A DNA stretch of 64,000 nt from positions 13,028 through 77,027 of the forward strand of contig JALEHL010000005.1 of assembly GCA_022770665.1 (NCBI GenBank), written 5' to 3'. Below the pieces are notes generated by a model that had not been told where the DNA came from, made no database searches, and saw only the letters and a list, made by a program, of their open reading frames with translations. The translations under genes were made by a program, and so were the position numbers. This document shows positions 1 through 8,996 of this stretch, in pieces. The stretch's first letter is position 1. The number at the start of each line of letters is the position of its first letter. This DNA is from Bacillota bacterium. Its GTDB lineage: Bacteria > Bacillota > Clostridia > Peptostreptococcales > Anaerovoracaceae.

Positions 1-921
1 AGCACCGAAAATCGCGATCAGCTGCGTCGCCAGAATCAGTCCGCCGCCTGCATTTCCGAAGAGAGACTTCGCGACTTCCGTGCCCAGATACAGGTTATCA
101 TTGTTAATCATATCTACAACCTGTTCATGCGGCAGAACTCTGTAAATTGCAAAATTAAACAGAGTGTACAGCACGGTGATGGCGCTGATCCCGATGATCA
201 GTGCTCTCGGCAGATCTCTGCCGGGATTCTTCATTTCTTCCGCAACCGGGTTCAGATTGGTCCATCCTTCATATGCCCAGAGTGTTGCTACAGTAGCAAA
301 AGCGATCATGCCCAGCATGCTGCCGAAGCTTACGTCTGTGCCTTCCGGAACGAGGGACAGGTCCGGAGTCTGTTTGCCCAGGAACAGACCTGCCAGCAGA
401 ATAATTGCAATTGGGATCATCTTGGCAACCATGGACACATTCTGAAGAATCGAGCCCATCTTAATACCAAGACAGTTATATGCCGTCAGACCGATGATCA
501 GTACAATGGCAATCACCTTAACAGCAACATCGGATAAATCAACAAAGTTTCTCAGTGCGGTCGGAAGGGCAATCGCCAGCGCCGCAATGGAACCGGAACC
601 ACTGATGATCCAGCTGGTAAATCCAAAGCTGTAACCTACAGATGGGTGAAACGCCCGGTTCAGATATACAACCATTCCGCCGGACTTCGGATCGCAGGCT
701 CCAAGCTCTGCGAAGCAGAGTCCGCCCAGAATAGATACGATACCACCGATGATCCAGCAAAGAAGTGCCAGACCCATGCTCATCCCGGTTCTCTGTAATA
801 CATAAGAACCCAGATAGAAAATACCTGAGCCGATCATAATGCCGCCGATAATACTGATGCCACCGAATACGCCGATTTCTTTTTTCATCTCGACTTTGGC
901 CGGTTTATTATCCGTACTCAT
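1..921 (-). CDS. APC-superfamily amino acid permease, N-terminal part (gene runs off the window start)
   Basis: Own translation of the minus strand from ATG 921..919: MSTDNKPAKVEMKKEIGVFGGISIIGGIMIGSGIFYLGSYVLQRTG... AAGGAG RBS 7 nt upstream. Not in the ORF track because there is no stop in the window. Confidence 0.75.
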   Translation of the reverse strand, partial: MSTDNKPAKVEMKKEIGVFGGISIIGGIMIGSGIFYLGSYVLQRTGMSMGLALLCWIIGGIVSILGGLCFAELGACDPKSGGMVVYLNRAFHPSVGYSFGFTSWIISGSGSIAALAIALPTALRNFVDLSDVAVKVIAIVLIIGLTAYNCLGIKMGSILQNVSMVAKMIPIAIILLAGLFLGKQTPDLSLVPEGTDVSFGSMLGMIAFATVATLWAYEGWTNLNPVAEEMKNPGRDLPRALIIGISAITVLYTLFNFAIYRVLPHEQVVDMINNDNLYLGTEVAKSLFGNAGGGLILATQLIAIFGA

Positions 922-1282
922 GTTTTTTCTCCTTTCTTTCTTTCGTGCATTGATGTGAAGTGATCGATCTTTTGTACGTACGGAATACAATTAAGCAAGA
1001 ACCATGCCAACGTGTCTTTTGGGTTTTATGAAATAAAAATTACATATACAGTAAATTGAGTCGGTTTTCATCTTATTTCTTTTCTTTTTATCCCTTTTAT
1101 CCTTGTTTTTTATTTACAGATAGAAAAGAACGTGCGATATTTTCCATCTCTTCATTATGCAAAATGATGGAGTATGCCGTGCTGCTTACTGCAAATGGCA
1201 GCACCACGAAATGACGCAAAGGGAAGCGGAAAGCTGAAATTATTTTGAACAGAGAATTTACTGCGGATGCCTCGAAGCAGCA

Positions 1283-1314
1283 TAAAAATACCAGCTGGAA
1301 TTATCCAGCTGGCA
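1283..1314 (-). terminator. Rho-independent terminator downstream of cstA
   Basis: CCAGCTGG-N6-CCAGCTGG hairpin (1291..1312), followed on the minus strand by TATTTTTAT. Confidence 0.5.
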
Positions 1315-1403
1315 GAAAAATAGATATTTTTTTCATTGTTTGCTTGACGGGCAGCAGTCCATTCATTCATGTCACAGGCCCTTCAAATTCAAGAAATTGC
1401 GTC

Positions 1404-3059
1404 CTATTTTGCAGGTGCAGCTTCTTCCTTTCCGAACAGTACCTTGAAGCCATCCACAACCAGGATAACAGCAAGTACCAGAACCGGAACGATGATGACG
1501 CACTGCAGACCTTCCACAATGGCAGCACCTTCGCCGGCCAGCAGGATCTTCACATTGCTGATGAACTTCAGAACCAGTGCGGAGCCGGAAGTGATCAGCA
1601 TGAACACCAGCGGAATGTAGAACATGCTGTGCTTTCTGCCGATCTTCTTGAGGAAGCATGCCGCTGCCAGGAATGCCGGAACAGCAACCAGCTGATTGCA
1701 GGCACCGAACAGAGGCCAGATCTTGACGTATCCGGCGATCGTCAGCAGAGCAGCCGCACCGATGGTGATTGCCGTTGCCACATACATGTTTCCAAGGATA
1801 TTCTTGCTGCCGTCCTTATTGGTAGCAAACAGTTCCTGGAACAGGAACCGGCCCAGTCTGGTCGCGGTGTCCAGAGAAGTCAGCGCAAATGCGGAAATTG
1901 CCAGAAGCAGCACCGTGTGTGCAGTTCCTTCCGGGAATCCCAGCTTGCCGAGCATTGCGGAAATACCGCCTGCGAATACCTGCGGCGGCGTCATGCCGGA
2001 CCAGTTGTCCATAGATGCGCTGCCGACAGCGATCAGAGCGATCACAGCCAGTACGCATTCGATCAGCATGGAGCCGTAACCGATCATCTTGGCATCGCCC
2101 TCGTTGTTCAGCTGCTTTGCAGTGGTACCGGATGAGATCAAGCTGTGGAAGCCGGAAATCGCACCGCAGGCTACCGTTACAAACAGATAAGGGAACAGGC
2201 TTCCGATGGAGGATGTCCAGCCGTTGAAGGCATTCAGCTCCATCGTCGGGTTCGTGAATAAGATACCGATAGTTGCAGCGATGATCATGAAGTACAGCAG
2301 GAAGCTGTTCAGATAATCTCTCGGTTGCAGCAGGATCCACACCGGAGTGACGGAAGCGATGAAGATGTAGATAAATACTACGATCAGCCAGGTCGTCTTC
2401 GGCAGGAAGATCGGGCAGTTGATACCGATCGCGATGCAGGCGATCAGCAGAGCCACACCGACAACCGTGCTGACTGCCAGGTGTGGAGATTTTCTGTTAA
2501 ACAGACCGAAGCAGACCGCCAGAGGGATGAACAGCAGAGATGCCATTGCAACGGAACCGTTTGCCGGAACCGCATCGCCGTCGGCGTTGAAGCCTGCAAA
2601 GGTGCCTGCCACGATATCTGCAAATGCGGCGACAACCAGAATCAGTACCAGCCATGCGAAAACGGTAAAGCACATTTTCGTTCTGTGGCTGATGTTGATT
2701 TCGATGATCTCGCCCAGAGATTTTCCTTTATGACGGATCGATGCAAACAGTGCGGAGAAGTCCTGCACGGCACCGAAGAAAATACCGCCGAGCACGATCC
2801 ACAGCAGGACAGGAACCCAGCCGAACACGGCTGCCTGAATCGGTCCGTTGATCGGGCCGGCACCTGCGATGGACGAGAAATGATGTCCTAACAGTACAGC
2901 TTTATTTGCCGGAACATAGTCAACACCGTCTTCCATTTCATGGGCCGGTGTTTCTCTTTTCGGGTCAATGCCCCATGATTTCGCAAGGTATGAACCATAC
3001 GTCGCGTATGCGATGATGAACACAGCAATGGAAACCAGAAGAAGTACTACGCTACTCAT
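1404..3059 (-). CDS. cstA: Carbon starvation protein A family peptide/pyruvate transporter
   Basis: 551-aa polytopic ORF. N-terminus ...GIDPKRETPAHEMEDGVDYVPANKAVLLGHHFSSIAGAGPINGPIQAAVFGW is the CstA signature region. Confidence 0.9.
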   Translation of the reverse strand: MSSVVLLLVSIAVFIIAYATYGSYLAKSWGIDPKRETPAHEMEDGVDYVPANKAVLLGHHFSSIAGAGPINGPIQAAVFGWVPVLLWIVLGGIFFGAVQDFSALFASIRHKGKSLGEIIEINISHRTKMCFTVFAWLVLILVVAAFADIVAGTFAGFNADGDAVPANGSVAMASLLFIPLAVCFGLFNRKSPHLAVSTVVGVALLIACIAIGINCPIFLPKTTWLIVVFIYIFIASVTPVWILLQPRDYLNSFLLYFMIIAATIGILFTNPTMELNAFNGWTSSIGSLFPYLFVTVACGAISGFHSLISSGTTAKQLNNEGDAKMIGYGSMLIECVLAVIALIAVGSASMDNWSGMTPPQVFAGGISAMLGKLGFPEGTAHTVLLLAISAFALTSLDTATRLGRFLFQELFATNKDGSKNILGNMYVATAITIGAAALLTIAGYVKIWPLFGACNQLVAVPAFLAAACFLKKIGRKHSMFYIPLVFMLITSGSALVLKFISNVKILLAGEGAAIVEGLQCVIIVPVLVLAVILVVDGFKVLFGKEEAAPAK

Positions 3060-3105
3060 GTTAAAAAATTCCTCCTGATTTAAATAAAAATAATAGCTAT
3101 AAATA

Positions 3106-3639
3106 TTACCCCATCAGCTTCTGGTAAGTCTTTTTCAGTTCCTTGCCCATCTGATTGGTTGTAACCTGATGTTCTTTCATGGAAACCAGCACCAGTCTGG
3201 TCTCCAGATAGCCGCGGAAATTAAACAGATACGTCTTTCCGAACTTGTATTTCTTCGCAAAGCGGATCGTCTCATCCTCAATCGCTCCGTCAGTGACGAC
3301 GATCAGCGTCAGAAACGAATACATATGGTCCTTCGGCGGATATTTTTCTCCTTTCCGCACATAGCGGGGTTCTGCTTCCTCCTCCAGCGGGCGGATCAGC
3401 TGCTGGAGCTTCTCCGGCGTCAGAGGCCCTTCCTCCGCCTTCCAGTTCCGAATGAAAAGATGCTCCTGGCTGTTGGCCTCCCACAGCTTGGCCTTCTTCA
3501 CCAGCACGTAGCGGGAACTGTCCACATTGAAGTGGCCGTATACATCATAAACTTCCCCTCCAAGCCGGTGATCCGGCTCCAGATCAAACGTGGAAGTATA
3601 AAAGTTTTTCAGTTTTTCTACAAACTGTTCCGCCTGCAT
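3106..3639 (-). CDS. Hypothetical cytoplasmic protein, no family recognised
   Basis: 177-aa ORF with coding-like composition, 46 nt upstream of cstA on the same strand. AGGAG RBS before the ATG. Confidence 0.6.
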   Translation of the reverse strand: MQAEQFVEKLKNFYTSTFDLEPDHRLGGEVYDVYGHFNVDSSRYVLVKKAKLWEANSQEHLFIRNWKAEEGPLTPEKLQQLIRPLEEEAEPRYVRKGEKYPPKDHMYSFLTLIVVTDGAIEDETIRFAKKYKFGKTYLFNFRGYLETRLVLVSMKEHQVTTNQMGKELKKTYQKLMG

Positions 3640-3767
3640 CTTTTACTCCTGCTTAACAATTTTTCATGTATTTTTTTGTTTCAATCCACAACTTGAATTT
3701 TACACACCTTATAATCTATCATGTTTTCAGAAAATGTCAATAGGTTCTTGCAAAAAACCTTTCTATT

Positions 3768-4655
3768 TCAATGTTTTTCGACAGATACATCCGCTTCCTC
3801 CCGGTCAGCCCGGCAGAGGAAACTGTAGAAATGACGGATGTTCATATCCTTCGGAATCCGTTTTCCGTGTGTGCCCGGCGGAAGAACGCTTCTGTGACAT
3901 CCATGATCCGGCGCGAAGGCAAGGACGGTGTTGTGCTCCGTCCACTGCTGCCGGATCGCATCGTGGATTCTGCAGAAAGTTTCCACATTTTCCGAAAGTT
4001 CCCGCAGAGATCTTTTCGATTCCGGTCCGAAGCGGTGCATGGCCCAGTCATAGTTTCCGTTATACAGGACGATCATGTCATGCTGGTCTTCTTCAATCAG
4101 CTCCATCGCCTTCAGATTGCAGAGATGCCTGTCCCCATAGATAAAGTAGTCGATCTGCCGGTCTTTAAAAATCTCCGCAATGGAATCGCCGGCTGTACAG
4201 ACAATGGCGACTTTTTTCCCTGCCGCTGCCAGATCATCGAAGATCGTGTTGACCTTCAGCACCGGCTTCTCATACTTCCGGATTCCGTGCTCCGACGGCG
4301 TCAGCCCGGAGTACATGGTTGCAAAGCATACCGGCGTCACAGGCGGTTCCATGGAGCAGAGGTTTACCGACAGCCCCGCCCGTTCCAGAAGAGGCCTGAA
4401 AATATCCGGATGCCGCTCTACAATCCATTCACCGATTGCGTCCGGATTGAATACAAAAACCCGGTCGCAGTCGATAACCCGCTGCGCTCTTTCTCCGAAT
4501 TTCAGTTTCGCCGTAGCAAGGACTCTGTCCAGAGGCTGTACCGTATAACCCGATGCACGAGTGGTTTTCAGGCCGGTCAGAGTTTCCAGTGTCGGCCGCA
4601 CCGCTGTCAGATCAGCAGGATGAAATGCCGACGAATCAAAATCTTTCTTCATCAT
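3768..4655 (-). CDS. Alkaline-phosphatase-superfamily enzyme (nucleotide pyrophosphatase/phosphodiesterase-like)
   Basis: Motifs ...VTPVCFATMYSGLTPSEHGI... and ...LAFAPDHGCH... resemble AP-superfamily metal/nucleophile regions. Start moved to MMKKDF (4655), which has a GGAGG RBS. The ORF-track N-terminal extension overlaps the upstream permease. Confidence 0.55.
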   Translation of the reverse strand: MMKKDFDSSAFHPADLTAVRPTLETLTGLKTTRASGYTVQPLDRVLATAKLKFGERAQRVIDCDRVFVFNPDAIGEWIVERHPDIFRPLLERAGLSVNLCSMEPPVTPVCFATMYSGLTPSEHGIRKYEKPVLKVNTIFDDLAAAGKKVAIVCTAGDSIAEIFKDRQIDYFIYGDRHLCNLKAMELIEEDQHDMIVLYNGNYDWAMHRFGPESKRSLRELSENVETFCRIHDAIRQQWTEHNTVLAFAPDHGCHRSVLPPGTHGKRIPKDMNIRHFYSFLCRADREEADVSVEKH

Positions 4656-4668
4656 ATACACCTCCGGA

Positions 4669-5823
4669 TTAAACGATTTTGAGAAGGGCTCCTGCGGTCG
4701 CCGCAAGGGAACCTGCTGCAACGAGAATCTGGAACGGCAGCGTACCGAGCCTGCCGCAGATCGGACTGCTGCCCGTCCGTTTCCGCGCGTGATGATATGC
4801 GGCGATCACGCCAAGGCCTGTCAGCACCTGCACCACGCTGGCCAGACGGGAAAAGCCCACGAAGCTGGTCAGCCCCAGCAGGGCGATAAACAGGCACGGA
4901 AGTGAAGTGATCAGCCAGCTGGTGCGGTTGTGCATCCCGGTCTGTTCTGCGAACACATCCCGTAGATTCAGGGTGTTGGCCCAGAACGACGTAGCCAGAG
5001 CCAGCAGAGAAAATACGTAGCCCACGACACTGACCCAGCCGCCCAGTTTCGACGCCAGATCAACCAGCGCGCCGTTTTCCGTGATCGCGCTGCCCACGCT
5101 ATATAATGTAATAAATGTAATTACACCGACCAGAGCCAGATTGACACCGGTTCCCGCCGCGATGGCTCCGGCGACTTTTTTCCGGTCACCGCCCAGTCCT
5201 TTCACCACCTGCGGTACCGACATGACGGCCGACAGGGAAAAAGACACCATACTGTACAGGGCCATCACATTGGTCCACGCCACGCGGCTTCCTGCAAATT
5301 CCGCACTTCCCTGCCGCAGCCCTGCGATGACCAGCACGCCGACGACTGCAGCCATGGACAGCACAGCAAATTTTTCACAGATTCCCACCAGCTTCATGCC
5401 GAAAAAGACCACAGCCGCTGCTGCAAGATAGAAAACCGTCATGGCTGCCCAGGTCGGCATCCCCAGCCATGAGATCAGCACCGCGCCGCCGCCGGTGATA
5501 AAACCGCTGACATTGATGATCACGGAAAGTCCGAGCAGGCCAAAGGCCGCCCAGGTGAGAAATCTGCCGTATTTTCCGACAAACAGATCCTTTTCAAAGC
5601 ATTTGATGAACTGTGCTCCGCCGTTATGCAGGGAAAGCTCTGCGATCATGAAATGCAGGAGAAGATTCACACAGTAAACCAGGGCCAGGATCCAGAGCAG
5701 GTCTCCGATGCTGTTTCTCGAAGCGATATACGGCACGGACAGGATTCCGGCCCCGACGCCATGGCCGACGATCAGGCTGGCCGCTTCAAAAAACGTCAGT
5801 TTTGCTTCACTTTTTATTTCCAT
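4669..5823 (-). CDS. Amino acid permease (Trp/Tyr-permease, HAAAP-like)
   Basis: Polytopic protein starting MEIKSEAKLTFFEAASLIVGHGVGAGILSVPYIAS... Start chosen at MEIKSE. The ORF-track extension to 5934 lies in the leader. Confidence 0.65.
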   Translation of the reverse strand: MEIKSEAKLTFFEAASLIVGHGVGAGILSVPYIASRNSIGDLLWILALVYCVNLLLHFMIAELSLHNGGAQFIKCFEKDLFVGKYGRFLTWAAFGLLGLSVIINVSGFITGGGAVLISWLGMPTWAAMTVFYLAAAAVVFFGMKLVGICEKFAVLSMAAVVGVLVIAGLRQGSAEFAGSRVAWTNVMALYSMVSFSLSAVMSVPQVVKGLGGDRKKVAGAIAAGTGVNLALVGVITFITLYSVGSAITENGALVDLASKLGGWVSVVGYVFSLLALATSFWANTLNLRDVFAEQTGMHNRTSWLITSLPCLFIALLGLTSFVGFSRLASVVQVLTGLGVIAAYHHARKRTGSSPICGRLGTLPFQILVAAGSLAATAGALLKIV

Positions 5824-5906
5824 ACAGTTTAACGTATTCCTTTCTTCCTGAAATTGCTTAAGCCGCTTATGCTGGCAGATCTCCCCGCACCCCAGCATTC
5901 CGGCAT

Positions 5907-5947
5907 TCCGATCCACCGGCACCCTCCGATCCACCGAAAATCCACCC
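5907..5947 (-). repeat. Direct repeats CGGTGGATCGGA x2 plus partial GGGTGGA in the permease 5' leader
   Basis: Plus-strand tccgatccaccg at 5907..5918 and 5925..5936, tccaccc at 5941..5947. Located between the predicted promoter and the start codon. Confidence 0.6.
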
Positions 5948-5949
5948 TT

Positions 5950-5979
5950 ATTCTACCGTGAGGCTCTATGGCTTGTCAA
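5950..5979 (-). promoter_or_regulatory. SigA-type promoter for the permease/AP-family operon
   Basis: Minus strand TTGACA-N18-TAGAAT. Confidence 0.5.
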
Positions 5980-5980
5980 T

Positions 5981-6048
5981 AAAAAGAAGCCGTCCGGTAC
6001 GCCAATCGGATTGAAACGAGGCATTTGGCGTCCCTTTCGGCCGGACAG
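5981..6048 (-). terminator. Long imperfect hairpin plus T-run downstream of the 5-FCL gene
   Basis: Minus strand ...GTCCGGCCGAAAGGGACGCCAA...TTGGCGTACCGGACGGCTTCTTTTT. Confidence 0.45.
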
Positions 6049-6118
6049 GCAGCTCGGCGGACTCGGCTGGCGCAGACGGCCGAAGACGGCCATCGCCACA
6101 TCATCTTTCTCGCCCCTC

Positions 6119-6697
6119 TCAGACCGCGCCATACACCGTCTTTTCCGTGAACACCAGCTCCATGGGCCGGTCCCAGGGCTCCATGGGTATGCGTTCTGCT
6201 TTCTGCGCTTCGAAGGCCACCGCCGCAATGTGCGCATTCATGCAACGCGACAGATACCGGTCATAAAATCCGGCGCCCATGCCCATCCGTCCCCCCTGCG
6301 AATCGAACACCGTGCACGGGCAGATGACCAGGTCAATCTCTTCCGGCCGGATTTCGACCGACTTTTCCCGCACCGGCTCCGGTATGCCGCAGTATCCGGT
6401 CTTCCAGGCATCCTCTCCCAGGGGCTGCAGGGCGATCATCTCCGTTTTGCTGATGCAGAGCGGATAGGCCAGCCGTTTCTTCGCAAAATCTTTCCGCACG
6501 GCCTCTTCCAGTGCCTCCAGGCGGACTTCTCCCCGGATGCCTTTATAGATCAGAATCGTCTCCGCCTGACGGAATACCCGAGACGCGCAGATCCGCGCGG
6601 CGATGGACGTGGAGAAGCGGTCCCGCTGCTGCGGGCTCAGGCCGTCTCTTGCGGAAATGCCGGACGCCCGCAGCGCGTTTCTCTCTTCGGACTGCAT
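6119..6697 (-). CDS. 5-formyltetrahydrofolate cyclo-ligase
   Basis: 192 aa. C-terminal ...CPCTVFDSQGGRMGMGAGFYDRYL... matches the 5-FCL signature. Immediately downstream of folT. Confidence 0.85.
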   Translation of the reverse strand: MQSEERNALRASGISARDGLSPQQRDRFSTSIAARICASRVFRQAETILIYKGIRGEVRLEALEEAVRKDFAKKRLAYPLCISKTEMIALQPLGEDAWKTGYCGIPEPVREKSVEIRPEEIDLVICPCTVFDSQGGRMGMGAGFYDRYLSRCMNAHIAAVAFEAQKAERIPMEPWDRPMELVFTEKTVYGAV

Positions 6698-6708
6698 CGA
6701 AAACTCCC

Positions 6709-7242
6709 TTACTGCAGCTGGCGGCGCACTGCCCCGGTAATGCCCGGCAGAACCAGGCCAAAGGCCGCTGCTTTCACAACGCAGATGATCAGACGCGGCA
6801 CCAGGCTTCCAAAGATAAATGCCGCCGAATAGTACCCGTAGATATGACTGTCAATATAGAGGACGCCGGTGTTCAGGACGGTGATCAGCAGCTCGTTCAG
6901 GATCACCAGCACCATGACCTGGCGGCCGGACAGGGAAAACCCGTTCTTCTTTGCATACCAGCCAGCCAGAAGACCGCACACGATATAGGGAAGCATCCAC
7001 AGCGGCGTGGTGATGCTTACCCCGTAGCGGAGCAGCTGATAGATCAGCGTCCCGATCCCTCCGACGATCATTCCGTCAGCCGGTCCGAAGAGCAGTGCAC
7101 TGACCAGGATCGGCAGACTTTCGAAGGTCACCTTCAGATTCCCCAAGTCCAGGGACAGATATCCCAGTACAGCGCACATGGCCGCCATAATGGCATTCAT
7201 GGACAATTGTCTGACTTTCTGAGAATGGTTTGTTTTTGGCAT
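6709..7242 (-). CDS. folT: ECF transporter S component, folate family
   Basis: Small 5-6 TM protein starting MPKTNHSQKVRQLSMNAIMAAMCAVLGYLSLDLGNLKVTFESLPILV... Preceded by a THF riboswitch. Start set to ATG 7242 with an AAAGGAG RBS. The ORF-track extension to 7353 runs into the riboswitch. Confidence 0.8.
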   Translation of the reverse strand: MPKTNHSQKVRQLSMNAIMAAMCAVLGYLSLDLGNLKVTFESLPILVSALLFGPADGMIVGGIGTLIYQLLRYGVSITTPLWMLPYIVCGLLAGWYAKKNGFSLSGRQVMVLVILNELLITVLNTGVLYIDSHIYGYYSAAFIFGSLVPRLIICVVKAAAFGLVLPGITGAVRRQLQ

Positions 7243-7294
7243 AATAATACTCCTTTCATGACAGTGCCACAAAAGGAGCTTCTGCTTTCCTCCC

Positions 7295-7428
7295 GTGGCA
7301 GCGGACGCAGGCACAGCACCGCGAACGGATAATACGATCCATGATCCTGTCATGAACGTCTCCGTCCTTCGTCCGTCGGCAACATCCCATCCGACGGCAC
7401 TTGACGCGCTGTCCTTACTCTGACAACA
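7295..7428 (-). promoter_or_regulatory. THF (tetrahydrofolate) riboswitch with SD-sequestering helix
   Basis: Minus strand reads AGAGTAAGGACAGCGCGTCAAGTGCCGTCGGATGGGATGTTGCCGACGGACGAAGG...CGCGGTGCTGTGCCTGCGTCCGCTG. It shares the conserved GCGCGU.AAGUG / AUGGGAUGU / ACGAAG / GCGGUG / UCCGCU blocks of the folT motif. Downstream, CTCCTTT...AAAGGAG can pair with the RBS. Confidence 0.85.
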
Positions 7429-7455
7429 GAAATAACGTATGAACCCGTTTCGGGG

Positions 7456-8070
7456 TTATTTTATTTTTCGCAGCAGCGGAAGGATCCATCCGCCCGCGGC
7501 ATTTCCTGCTGTATTCACCAGAAGGAACAGCAGAGCTCTGCCGCTCCAGGCACCGGCCATGGATATGTAGAACATATTCGCCACGCAGTGCTCAAACCCG
7601 CAGAGGATAAACACCATCACGCCAAAGAACAGGGCCAGATATTTTCCCACTTCATGGGGATTGTTCCGGAACCCGTCCACTGCGATAAAAATCAGAAAAT
7701 TACAGAAAACGGACAGGATAAAAATGCTGAGCAGGCTGTCGTTCAGCTTGCTTTCGCACATCTCTGCCGCCCGCGCGGAGATTCCCGCGATCCGGGTCTG
7801 CTGCAGCAGCATGGCGGTCAGCCAGGTCCCGGCCAGATTTCCCAACCAGATCGGGATCAGCTGCAGCGCGTAGCGCCTGTCGTTTTCAAAGAGATAGCAC
7901 ACCTTTCCGGTGAAAAGATTCAGCCCGAAAGTGCAGATTGTAAAGAGCCCCACCGTAAAGAACAGCGCTCCGATCACTTTATTTTCCACGGACAGGAATA
8001 CCGTGCCGCCGATGGCGATACAGATTCCTGCCGCGACTCCATAAAGAAAGGTCTTCAGACCGTTTCCCAT
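7456..8070 (-). CDS. Formate/nitrite transporter (FNT) family channel, short form
   Basis: 204 aa with FCNFLIFIAV and GFEHCVANMF motifs, matching the FNT signatures (CN.LVC / GFEHSIANM). Confidence 0.75.
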   Translation of the reverse strand: MGNGLKTFLYGVAAGICIAIGGTVFLSVENKVIGALFFTVGLFTICTFGLNLFTGKVCYLFENDRRYALQLIPIWLGNLAGTWLTAMLLQQTRIAGISARAAEMCESKLNDSLLSIFILSVFCNFLIFIAVDGFRNNPHEVGKYLALFFGVMVFILCGFEHCVANMFYISMAGAWSGRALLFLLVNTAGNAAGGWILPLLRKIK

Positions 8071-8138
8071 AAATCAGATTCCTCCTGCATGTATTTCATT
8101 CGTGTATTTCATTCGCATATTGGAACGGCGCATTCTTC

Positions 8139-8996
8139 TCAGCACCCGGCTTTTCGTGCCGCAGCTTCCACCACATGGGAAACCAGCACGCTGGTAGTCA
8201 CCGTTCCGACACCGCCCGGCACCGGCGTGACAGCCGCCACAAGCGGCTCTGCCTCTTCAAACTTCACATCGCCGCAGAGCTTTCCTTTCTCTTCATTCCA
8301 GCCGATGCCCACATCGATGACCACCTGGCCCTCCCGCAGGTACTGTGCGCCGATGGTCTCCATCCTGCCTGCGCAGACAATCAGAATGTCCACCTCCCGT
8401 GTGACAGACGGCATATCCTGCGTCTTCGTGTGGCAAACAGTCACCGTGGCGTTCCTGTGCATCAGCATCAGAGCTGCAGGACGCCCCACCACCAGAGAAC
8501 GGCCAATCACGGCTGCCCGTTTCCCGGTGCAATCGATGCCGTAATAATCCAGAATCTCCATGGCAGCCTGCGCTGTGCACGGCGGGAATCCGTTTTTCGT
8601 ATTGGTGAAAACGCCTGCCAGCGAACCGTCCGTGCAGCCGTCCACGTCTTTTTCCGGAGAAAGCATCTGCCGCGCCCTCTCATTATCCAGCTGAGCCGGC
8701 AGAGGACGGAACAAAAGGATGCCGTGGACACTGTCATCCTCGTTGAGCTCTTCCAGCGCCCGGTCAAAATCCGCCTGGCCGACATCTTCCGGCAGCACGA
8801 CGTTTCTGACGTTTACGCCCACTGCGGCGCATCGCTTCGCGGCACCTCTCTCATAAGACAGATCGTCCGGCCGTTCTCCGACCCGCAGAATCGCCAGTGT
8901 CGGAATCACACCCTGTTTCTTCAGTGCAGCAGCCTTCGCCGCCATCTTCTCATTCAGCGCCGCAGTGACCGGCGCCCCTTTTAATATTTCAGCCAT
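8139..8996 (-). CDS. folD: Bifunctional methylene-THF dehydrogenase / methenyl-THF cyclohydrolase
   Basis: 285 aa starting MAEILKGAPVTAALNEKM... with ...GVIPTLAILRVGERPDDLSYERG... and ...VTPVPGGVGTVTT. Confidence 0.95.
   Translation of the reverse strand: MAEILKGAPVTAALNEKMAAKAAALKKQGVIPTLAILRVGERPDDLSYERGAAKRCAAVGVNVRNVVLPEDVGQADFDRALEELNEDDSVHGILLFRPLPAQLDNERARQMLSPEKDVDGCTDGSLAGVFTNTKNGFPPCTAQAAMEILDYYGIDCTGKRAAVIGRSLVVGRPAALMLMHRNATVTVCHTKTQDMPSVTREVDILIVCAGRMETIGAQYLREGQVVIDVGIGWNEEKGKLCGDVKFEEAEPLVAAVTPVPGGVGTVTTSVLVSHVVEAAARKAGC

Noticed and set aside
127-760. Small ORFs (136, 93 and 73 aa) at the window start
   Set aside because: They lie inside or antisense to the partial APC permease gene, whose minus-strand translation is continuous and permease-like.
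922-1290. A roughly 370-nt AT-rich leader upstream of the APC permease, as a possible riboswitch
   Set aside because: I found only a modest hairpin (GTGCTGC...GCAGCAC) and could not match any known riboswitch or T-box core. I left it unannotated rather than guess.
6709-7353. Longer ORF-track versions of folT, gcvT, gcvPB, ftsZ, mraZ, murF, the permease at 4669..5934 and others
   Set aside because: The N-terminal extensions lack RBSs and run into riboswitches, operators or upstream genes. Internal ATGs with good SD sequences align with the conserved protein N-termini.
8071-8138. Direct repeat gtatttcattcg x2 between folD and the FNT gene
   Set aside because: It is very short and AT-rich, consistent with chance or promoter spacer sequence. 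No further structure supports a function.
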